A DNA stretch of 64,000 nt from assembly GCA_022794055.1 (NCBI GenBank), contig JAAWEA010000044.1, positions 19,006 to 83,005 of the forward strand, in the 5' to 3' direction. The position numbers were made by a program, and so were the translations under genes. Position 1 is the first letter of the stretch. The number at the start of each line of letters is the position of its first letter. The notes under the pieces are model-generated. The model ran no database searches. It was given only the letters and a program-made list of their open reading frames with translations, and was not told the DNA's origin. This document shows, piece by piece, positions 56,717 through 64,000 of this stretch. The DNA comes from Clostridia bacterium (GTDB lineage Bacteria > Bacillota > Clostridia > TANB77 > CAG-508).

Positions 56717-59142
56717 TATTTATTTTCGCTAATCTTAGCGTATTTTTTTAATTTTTCATAAACTAAATAGTTAACTGTTCCAGCAGGAAAATGTCCTGCC
56801 TTATCTTTTTTACCAGCAGGAACGCCAGTTAGAACTTCAATTCCTTCTTCAATAGTAGAAATTGCATAAACGTGAAATAAATTATTTTTAACAGCAGTAA
56901 CAATTTCATCAGATAATTGTAAATTATCTACATTTTGAACAGGAATCATAACACCATGCTTACCATTTAAACCACGCATTTTACAAATTTGAAAATATCC
57001 TTCAATTTTTTCGTTTACACCACCAATTGGTTGAATTTGTCCTTTTTGATTAACAGAACCAGTAACAGCAATTGATTGATTAATAGGAATTTCAGATAAA
57101 CTAGATAATAAACCATATAGTTCTGTACTTGAAGCACTATCACCATCTACACCATTATATAGTTGCTCAAAACATATACTAGCTGTTAGAGATAGAGGGA
57201 TGTCTTGAGCGAACATTTCTCCTAAATATCCAGTCAAAATTAAAACACCTTTTGAATGAGAAGAACCAGAAAGTTCAACTTCTCTTTCAATATTAACAAT
57301 ACCAGTTTTTCCAGTATAAGTATTAACCGTTATTTTTGCAGGTTTTCCAAATGAATAATCTCCAATAGTCATAACTGTCAATCCATTCAAAGTCCCTACA
57401 TCGAATCCTTCTGTATCAATCAATATAGAATTATCTTTAATCATTTCCATGTATTTTGAATCGAATTTTTTAATTCTTTCAATTCTTTCAGATAATGCCT
57501 TATCAATAAATTCTCCAGTTACTACTTTTGACTTTGAAATTTTAGCCCAAGTTGCAGCTTCTCCAGTTATTTGGATTAAATTATCAAAACGAGTTGATAA
57601 TTTTTTATGGCTTCCAGCTAATTTTGAAGAATATTCAATTAGCTTTGCCATAGCACTTTTATCTAAGTGAGGCAATTCTTCAGCTTCACAGAAACCATGA
57701 ATAATTGAAGCTAGTTTATTTGCATTTTCTTTATTAAATGGTGCATCATCTTCAAATTCTACTTTGATTTTAAATAATTTTTTAAAATCAGAATCTATTG
57801 CTAATAAAGTTTGATAAATACTACTATTACCAATTAAAATTACTTTCAAATCAAGAGGAATTGGCTCTGGTTTTAAAGAAACCATAACCATAGAAGAACG
57901 TTGATCTGCTGTATTTTCAATACTAAGTTCTTTTACTCTTAATGCTTTTTTTAAAGCTTCATAGCACATATTATTTTGTAATAAATCTTTTGCTTGAAAT
58001 ATTATATATCCACCATTAGCTCGTTGCAAAAGACCAGGCTTTAGCATAGTATGATCAGTTTTTAATGAGCCATAATAATTTTCATATTCCAAGGAACCAA
58101 ATATATTATGATAAGAATAATTTGAATCCATAATTACAGGTGCACCTTCACAATTAGAATTATCTACAAATAAATTAACACGATAATTTAAAGAAGGATC
58201 TTGCTTTCTAGTTGCTGGATTTGTTTGTTGTTGCTTTTCTTTTTCTTTATCTTCTTCTAAAAAGTAAGAAACATTTTTTAATACATCTTGTTTAACATCA
58301 TTTAAAAATTTTGTGATTTTTTTATTTCTTTTAAAATGAGATTTTAAGTAATTAATGTGTACATTTATAGTAAGTAGGGCAATATTAGATTGCCATTCTG
58401 AGATTTTTTTGTCTGACTGTTTTTCAACTATTTTAATTTGTTCAATGGCTTTCATAACTTCTTCTTGAACAATAACAGACTTTGTTTCATATTCTTGTTT
58501 TATTACATCTTCTAATTTATCAAATTCTTCTTCATCAATGGCTTTTCCATTTACTACAGGCATCATATAAATTCCATTTTGAGAAGATTTAACTTGAAAA
58601 TTATGTTTAGAAGCATTTTCATTTAATTTATCTAAAATATTTGCACGTTTTTCTTCAAATTCTTGTTTAATTAAAGCTTTTTCTTTTTCAAAATCATCTG
58701 CATTAAATGTTTTTTTAATGTCTTTTTTTACTTCTAAAATGAAACCATCCATTGCAGCTTTAAAGATTTTTCCTTGACCTGCTTGAAGCGGAATTGCAAC
58801 TGGTTCATTTGGATTGTCAAAATTATATACATAGCACCAGTCAGAAGGAGTTTTTTTCTTTTTTGATATGGTATTTAAATAGTTTTTAGTGTACATAGTT
58901 TTTCCAACGCCACTAGGACCTTCTAAATAAAGGTTATAGCCTTTTACATCTACTTGTAGACCAAATTCCAGAGCTTTAATACCTCTTTCTTGACCAATTC
59001 CTGTTGTTATATCATTTACTTCTTGTGTTGTGTCGAAATTAAAGATTTTAGAGTCGCAAGACATTTTTAAATCTTTAAAACTTAATTCATTCTTATTTTT
59101 CATTAGTTTTCCTCCAAATTTTTTTGTGTTTAGTATTTCCAA
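56716..59142 (-). CDS. Lon-like ATP-dependent protease (AAA ATPase N-domain plus S16 Lon proteolytic C-domain; COG1067-type)
   Basis: Walker A GPSGVGKT near the N-terminus. The C-terminal domain has ...GVDGDSASSTELYGLLSSLSEIPI... (catalytic Ser) and a downstream Lys region (...NEKIEGYFQ...). 808 aa. Confidence 0.7.
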   Translation of the reverse strand: MEILNTKKFGGKLMKNKNELSFKDLKMSCDSKIFNFDTTQEVNDITTGIGQERGIKALEFGLQVDVKGYNLYLEGPSGVGKTMYTKNYLNTISKKKKTPSDWCYVYNFDNPNEPVAIPLQAGQGKIFKAAMDGFILEVKKDIKKTFNADDFEKEKALIKQEFEEKRANILDKLNENASKHNFQVKSSQNGIYMMPVVNGKAIDEEEFDKLEDVIKQEYETKSVIVQEEVMKAIEQIKIVEKQSDKKISEWQSNIALLTINVHINYLKSHFKRNKKITKFLNDVKQDVLKNVSYFLEEDKEKEKQQQTNPATRKQDPSLNYRVNLFVDNSNCEGAPVIMDSNYSYHNIFGSLEYENYYGSLKTDHTMLKPGLLQRANGGYIIFQAKDLLQNNMCYEALKKALRVKELSIENTADQRSSMVMVSLKPEPIPLDLKVILIGNSSIYQTLLAIDSDFKKLFKIKVEFEDDAPFNKENANKLASIIHGFCEAEELPHLDKSAMAKLIEYSSKLAGSHKKLSTRFDNLIQITGEAATWAKISKSKVVTGEFIDKALSERIERIKKFDSKYMEMIKDNSILIDTEGFDVGTLNGLTVMTIGDYSFGKPAKITVNTYTGKTGIVNIEREVELSGSSHSKGVLILTGYLGEMFAQDIPLSLTASICFEQLYNGVDGDSASSTELYGLLSSLSEIPINQSIAVTGSVNQKGQIQPIGGVNEKIEGYFQICKMRGLNGKHGVMIPVQNVDNLQLSDEIVTAVKNNLFHVYAISTIEEGIEVLTGVPAGKKDKAGHFPAGTVNYLVYEKLKKYAKISENK

Positions 59143-59366
59143 ATTTTTTATATTTATTATATAATGATATTTTATATTAGTTATTTAAATTTGTAAAGAT
59201 TTGTAAGATAAAATTTTATAGTGATGTATTTTATTTATTTTTAGTAGTTAATCAGATAAAATTTTTACTATAAAAATTGTACTAAGCGTTCAAATTTTTA
59301 AATAATATTGTAAATAAAGTTAGAAAAATATATAATAAAATAAAAAAATGAAAGGATTATTAGTAT

Positions 59367-59936
59367 ATGAATAAAACAAAAAGGAAAATATTTGAAATTT
59401 CTATGAAATTATTTGCGGAAAAGGGATATGATGCAACAAGTATTGAAGATATTACGGCAACTGTAGGAGTGGCAAAAGGAACTTTGTATTATCACTTTTC
59501 TAGTAAAGAAGAAATTTTTAATTTTTTAATAGAAGAAGGAATTAAATTACTACAAAATAGTGTTGATATAAAAACAGCAAAATTGGAAAATTATATTGAT
59601 AAGTTAAAAGCAATTGTATTAATACAAATTAAAATTGTGGTAAAATACCAAGACTTTATTACTATTTTGTTAAGTCAATTTTATGGAAAAGAAGCTAGAA
59701 ATAAAATGTGCCAAAAATATGTATATAGATATATTCACACAATAGAAGAAATTGTGGAAGAAGGGATGAAACAATCACAAATAAAATCTGGAGATTCTAA
59801 AGCAATAGCTTCAGAAATTTATGCCTTAATTGCATCGACATTAGTATATAAAATGAAAAATGAAGAGATTGATGTAAGAAAATTATATAGAGAATTTGAG
59901 AGTACAATTATTGAAGGATTAAGAGTGAAATCGTAA
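59367..59936 (+). CDS. TetR/AcrR-family transcriptional regulator
   Basis: N-terminal HTH RKIFEISMKLFAEKGYDATSIEDITATVGVAKGTLYYHFSSKEEIF. Confidence 0.8.
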   Translation: MNKTKRKIFEISMKLFAEKGYDATSIEDITATVGVAKGTLYYHFSSKEEIFNFLIEEGIKLLQNSVDIKTAKLENYIDKLKAIVLIQIKIVVKYQDFITILLSQFYGKEARNKMCQKYVYRYIHTIEEIVEEGMKQSQIKSGDSKAIASEIYALIASTLVYKMKNEEIDVRKLYREFESTIIEGLRVKS

Positions 59937-60091
59937 GGAAAAATGTCCTTTGTAATATTATTGTAATATTTCTGTAATAAAAACGTAAAGATAAAAAAAT
60001 GTAATTCTATTGTAGTTTTTTGTTTGTTATTGTATAATAATAAAAGAAAGAGTAAAAACAATAAAGCGTAAGATGAAGGAGGTTGTTTACA

Positions 60092-60949
60092 ATGTCTAAA
60101 TCTGGCATAGTAAACGTGAGAATGGTAATCACGGAAGAAAAAATCTTATTAAATATAGAAAAAGTGCAAAAAATGATAAATCCTAACAGTAAGAAACAAA
60201 TTGTTAAATTAGAGGAAGATACTTTTTTTAAGGATTTAATAGAATCAATAAAAACATATTTAATTGAATATCCTAAAAAGAAGAATTTCCCTAGCGATGT
60301 GTACAAAGCAGCTTATGGATTAGTTGAATTTGCAACAAACCAATTCGAAGAGAACACAAAGAAAATAGAAGATTTAATCAGACAAAGAGAAGAAAATATA
60401 GTTTTGGCTGGTCTATTAAAAGATACAATTGAAGCAATAGAAAATAAAGATGAAGATTGGAAAGCTAAAGTAAGAGAAGTGCAAGGAAAATTGCCAGAAG
60501 ATGCTATTGACACTTTAAGTATATTAATAAAATGCAAAAATAAAGATTCACAAACTTATATGGATTCAATAAAAATATTAAATGCAAAAGTTAATAATTT
60601 GGAATCTAATTTACATATAGAAATAGATATGGAAAGAATTGAAGATAGATCAAAAGCATTGAGTTATATTGGAATTGAAGTTGCAGATGCGTTAAAAACA
60701 ATACCAGCACCAGTTGAAAATACTGTAAAAGTAGAAAAAGTAGAAGAAATAAAAGAAGTTAAAGAACAAAAAGCAATAGAACAACAAACACAACAACAAT
60801 ATATTGAGGAAACAACATTTGAAGCAAAACCATCATTATGGCAAAGAGTTAAAAACTGTAAACTTATTAGAGCAATTCGTTATGTAACAAAAATTAGAAT
60901 TGTTGTTAAATATCCAGATGCTTTACCAGAAGGAAGAGGAGAAAATTAA
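60092..60949 (+). CDS. hypothetical protein (coiled-coil rich)
   Basis: ATG at 60092 after GAAGGAGG. 285 aa with no recognisable motif. Confidence 0.35.
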   Translation: MSKSGIVNVRMVITEEKILLNIEKVQKMINPNSKKQIVKLEEDTFFKDLIESIKTYLIEYPKKKNFPSDVYKAAYGLVEFATNQFEENTKKIEDLIRQREENIVLAGLLKDTIEAIENKDEDWKAKVREVQGKLPEDAIDTLSILIKCKNKDSQTYMDSIKILNAKVNNLESNLHIEIDMERIEDRSKALSYIGIEVADALKTIPAPVENTVKVEKVEEIKEVKEQKAIEQQTQQQYIEETTFEAKPSLWQRVKNCKLIRAIRYVTKIRIVVKYPDALPEGRGEN

Positions 60950-61097
60950 TAATGTTTCTGAATAGAATTTCTATATTTAAGATAGCTATTTATTAAAAAA
61001 TTAACAAATAGCTATCTTAAGCTTTTGTTAAAATATTAAATTTTGGAATAAATGTAATAATTGAAAAGTTTATTTAATTATTTAAATTAAATATTTG

Positions 61098-61165
61098 TTG
61101 ACATTTTGTAAAAAAAATTGTAATAATATATTGACATTGTATAAAAAATAGTTTATACTGTATCT
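61098..61165 (+). promoter_or_regulatory. tandem sigma-A-like promoters upstream of tRNA
   Basis: TTGACAT...16-17 nt...TAATAAT is followed immediately by TTGACAT...17 nt...TATACTG. Confidence 0.4.
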
Positions 61166-61186
61166 TGCATTAAGAAAAATACTTAT

Positions 61187-61263
61187 GCTCCCTTAGCTCA
61201 GTTGGTCAGAGCAACCGGCTCATAACCGGTGGGTCCAAGGTTCGAATCCTTGAGGGAGCACCA
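61187..61263 (+). tRNA. tRNA-Ile2 (anticodon CAU, lysidine type), elongator, with encoded CCA
   Basis: Cloverleaf: acceptor GCTCCCT/AGGGAGC, D-arm GCTCAGTTGGTCAGAGC, anticodon arm ACCGG-CTCATAA-CCGGT (CAT), T-arm CAAGG-TTCGAAT-CCTTG, then A-CCA. G1-C72 paired, so not initiator. Closely matches the B. subtilis tRNA-Ile(LAU) sequence pattern. Confidence 0.85.
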
Positions 61264-61275
61264 AAAAAAATTGCA

Positions 61276-61318
61276 ATATTCCTTGAAATCGTTAGCGATT
61301 AAAGGAATATTTTTTTAT
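61276..61318 (+). terminator. rho-independent terminator after tRNA
   Basis: AATATTCCTT...AAGGAATATT stem followed by TTTTTTT. Confidence 0.45.
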
Positions 61319-61344
61319 TATACTATAAATTTAAGGAGTAAAAA

Positions 61345-62472
61345 ATGAGAATAATTTTGTGGTTTCTTATTGGATTTATATGTTTGGCTCTTCCATTAAT
61401 ATTAACAGTTTTTAATATAATAAACTTATTTAAAAAGAAAAAAATAAAGGAAAATGTAATAGATATTATAACATTTATATTAGGCATTATTCTTACAATA
61501 ACATTATATAAGTTTATAGGGTTTAAAGATTATAATAAACCAATAATATTGGATGGATTAGCTGTAACTGCACATGCACCAATTTCATCATGGAGTATGC
61601 CAACAGTTGTATCAATTTTAATAGTAGGCATAGTTTCATATTTTTTAATAAGAATTAAAAAACTAGATTTATCACCATTAATTATCGTTAGTTGTATGTC
61701 AGGAATTTTAATATGTTCAATATATATAGTGGTATTTATAATTCAGATTTTTAACATTAGTATGATAGAAAATTTATTTTATGGAATTCCATTTTTGGCA
61801 CTATTTCCTATAAACTATATTTTGTGTAGCATTAGAGCAGAAATTGAAATAGTAAATTACTATAGACAAAAAAATGTAAGACCAAAAGAATATGAAAATA
61901 AATTCTTAAATAAATGCAATAAAATTTTATATGATACAAATAAATGGCATATACTATCAATAATTTTAGCATTACCACTACTTATAATATTGATTTGTAT
62001 TTTAACTTTATTTGGTCAAAGACCAGATGAAGCTATAAAGGCATTTTTAGAAACAAGTGATTGGACTTTATCAAGAGAAATTTCACCACCACCAATTACT
62101 TATGATGGTCATTATTTGTGTACAGTTTCGTTAAAAGGACATGAAAGATTAGTAAAGCCGATAAGAATGGGAATAAGGCATGGAGAAAAAATTGTTGTGA
62201 ATAGACAATTATGTGTAGCAAATGCTTTTGAAAATTTAATTGAAGAAAAAGCACCAAAATTTCATAAATTTGTAAGGTATATTTATGATAAATATGGATT
62301 TCCATTATCTAAACATATACATACATCTTGGCAAGCAGATATTACATATATTTTAATGAAACCTTTGGAATGGTTATTTTTGTTAGTGCTATATATATTT
62401 GATAAAAAACCAGAAAATAGAATTACAACTCAATATATAGGAAAAAAAGATATAATGGAGGAAATAAAATGA
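61345..62472 (+). CDS. polytopic membrane protein with C-terminal soluble domain (hypothetical)
   Basis: 375 aa with about 6 TM segments. The stop overlaps the next gene's start (ATGA). Confidence 0.35.
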   Translation: MRIILWFLIGFICLALPLILTVFNIINLFKKKKIKENVIDIITFILGIILTITLYKFIGFKDYNKPIILDGLAVTAHAPISSWSMPTVVSILIVGIVSYFLIRIKKLDLSPLIIVSCMSGILICSIYIVVFIIQIFNISMIENLFYGIPFLALFPINYILCSIRAEIEIVNYYRQKNVRPKEYENKFLNKCNKILYDTNKWHILSIILALPLLIILICILTLFGQRPDEAIKAFLETSDWTLSREISPPPITYDGHYLCTVSLKGHERLVKPIRMGIRHGEKIVVNRQLCVANAFENLIEEKAPKFHKFVRYIYDKYGFPLSKHIHTSWQADITYILMKPLEWLFLLVLYIFDKKPENRITTQYIGKKDIMEEIK

Positions 62473-62924
62473 TAAATGTTTTATTTGTATGTTATGGAAA
62501 TATATGCAGATCTCCAATGGGAGAATTTATATTAAAAGATTTGGTAAAAAAGAATAAAATTGAAGATAAATTTAAAATTGAATCAGCTGGGACAAGTGAT
62601 GAGGAGGAAGGTAATTCTATTTATTATTTAGCAAAACAAAAGTTACAAGAACATAATATTTCTTGTAATGGTAAAATTGCAAAAAGACTTAATAAAAAAG
62701 ATTATGAAAAATATGATTATATTTTAGCAATGGAACAATCAAATATTATAGATATAAATAGAATATTTTGTAAAGATTTAAAAGGAAAAGTGTATAGGCT
62801 TTTAGATTTTACAAAAAATCCTAGAGATATAGAAGACCCTTGGTATTCAAGAAATTTTGATAAAACATATAATGAGATTTTAGAAGGATGTACAGCATTT
62901 ATAGAATATATAAGCAAATTATAA
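62469..62924 (+). CDS. low-molecular-weight protein-tyrosine phosphatase
   Basis: VLFVCYGNICRSPMGE is the C-x5-R P-loop. DPWY near the C-terminus contains the catalytic Asp. Confidence 0.85.
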   Translation: MINVLFVCYGNICRSPMGEFILKDLVKKNKIEDKFKIESAGTSDEEEGNSIYYLAKQKLQEHNISCNGKIAKRLNKKDYEKYDYILAMEQSNIIDINRIFCKDLKGKVYRLLDFTKNPRDIEDPWYSRNFDKTYNEILEGCTAFIEYISKL

Positions 62925-63047
62925 CAATAATAAATTAACTAGCTTGATAATATTTCCAATAGTGTAAAAAAGTAAAAAGAATTGAGATATAAAATGTATA
63001 TTATTTTAAAAATAATATAGAATAAAGTAAAAAGGAGGTTTCAGAGT

Positions 63048-64000
63048 ATGGAACAGAAAATTAAAGCGATACAATATGGTGTAGGAAAGATGAGTATATA
63101 TACAATGAGATATATGCTAGAAAAGGGAATTGAAATAGTAGGAGCAGTTGATGTTAATCCAGATTTAATAGGAAAAGATATTGGAGAAATACTAGGGAAA
63201 GAAAAACTAGGTGTAGTAGTAACATCAGTAGAAAATGCAAAGGAAATGATGCAAGTAACTAAACCAAATATATGTGTTATAACTACAAGAAGTTTAATAT
63301 CAGAATTAGAAGAACCTTATATGTTATGTGCAGAACTTGGAATAAATGCAATATCAACTTGCGAAGAAGCATTTTATCCTCAAAATTCAAATCCAACATT
63401 AACAAATAAAATTGATGAATTAGCAAAAAAGAATAATTGTACAATAACAGGAACAGGATATCAAGATATTTATTGGGGACAATTAATAACATCAATTGCA
63501 GGTTCTACACAGAAAATAACAAAAATAAAAGGAAGTTCAAGCTATAATGTAGAAGAATATGGAATAGCATTAGCAGAAGCACATGGAGCAGGTTTAACAC
63601 TTTCGGAATTTGAAGAAAAAATTGCATCTGCAGATAATATTTCAGCAGAAGAAAGAAATAAAATAATAGAACAGGGAGATTTTATACCATCTTATATGTG
63701 GAACGTAAATGGATGGCTATGTTCAAAACTAGGGTTGACAGTTATTAGTCAAACTCAAAAATGTGTGCCTCAAATTTATAAGGAAGATATTTATTCATCA
63801 ACATTAGGAATGACAGTAAAAGCAGGAGATGCAACTGGAATGAGCGCAGTTGTAACAACTGAGACAAAAGAAGGAATTACAATTGAATCAGAATGTATTG
63901 GAAAAGTATATGCACCAGATGAGTTTGATAAAAATATTTGGACTGTTGAAGGAGAACCTACAACAACTATAACAGTAGAAAAACCTTCAACTGTAGAACT
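63048..64000 (+). CDS. DapB-like NAD(P)-dependent dehydrogenase (2,4-diaminopentanoate dehydrogenase-like), 3'-partial at window end
   Basis: ATG at 63048 after AAAGGAGG. IKAIQYGVGKMSIYTMRYMLEKGIEIVGAVD is a Rossmann fold N-terminus of DapB-like amine dehydrogenases. The ORF is open to nt 64000 and is absent from the ORF track because it has no stop. Confidence 0.5.
   Translation, partial: MEQKIKAIQYGVGKMSIYTMRYMLEKGIEIVGAVDVNPDLIGKDIGEILGKEKLGVVVTSVENAKEMMQVTKPNICVITTRSLISELEEPYMLCAELGINAISTCEEAFYPQNSNPTLTNKIDELAKKNNCTITGTGYQDIYWGQLITSIAGSTQKITKIKGSSSYNVEEYGIALAEAHGAGLTLSEFEEKIASADNISAEERNKIIEQGDFIPSYMWNVNGWLCSKLGLTVISQTQKCVPQIYKEDIYSSTLGMTVKAGDATGMSAVVTTETKEGITIESECIGKVYAPDEFDKNIWTVEGEPTTTITVEKPSTVE

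Noticed and set aside
56716-59142. Lon-like protease as BrxL of a BREX system
   Set aside because: No brxA/B/C, pglX or pglZ are in the flanking 10 kb. The neighbours are ldh and a TetR regulator.

Overview
AT-rich (about 27% GC by eye) chromosomal window from a spore-forming Firmicute of the class Clostridia. Sporulation genes present include yqfC, yqfD, bofA, pdaA and a gerA-type germinant receptor operon. Positions 1 to about 7300 are the 3' end of a prophage: the tape-measure gene runs off the window start and is followed by tail genes, a tail-collar fibre protein with a C-terminal dockerin module, a holin and an amidase endolysin. The rest is mostly housekeeping chromosome: truA, glmS with its ribozyme leader, hpt, uvrC, ybeY, secG, rnr, plsC, typA, ldh and a tRNA-Ile2(CAT). 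Interspersed with these are accessory or unusual features. (1) A family of five 40 to 160 bp near-perfect palindromic repeat elements with core GGGTCCAGGACAAAAAATCCCTC, all at gene 3' ends. Two near-identical copies bracket an MBL-fold hydrolase gene. (2) A BcgI-like Type IIB restriction-modification pair (nuclease-methyltransferase fusion plus specificity subunit) inserted between secG and rnr. (3) An agr-type quorum-sensing locus: agrB plus an agrD that is missing from the supplied ORF track, convergent with a LytTR response regulator and an AgrC-like kinase. (4) An orphan membrane-anchored TraG/VirD4-like coupling ATPase beside yaaL and bofA. (5) Two pseudouridine-synthase genes, truA and an RluA-family gene, each broken by a single C insertion before GG. 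(6) Several Cys-rich or otherwise unusual small proteins, a SpoT/RelA-domain small alarmone synthetase with an N-terminal extension, and a Lon-like AAA protease. No CRISPR array and no rRNA were found.
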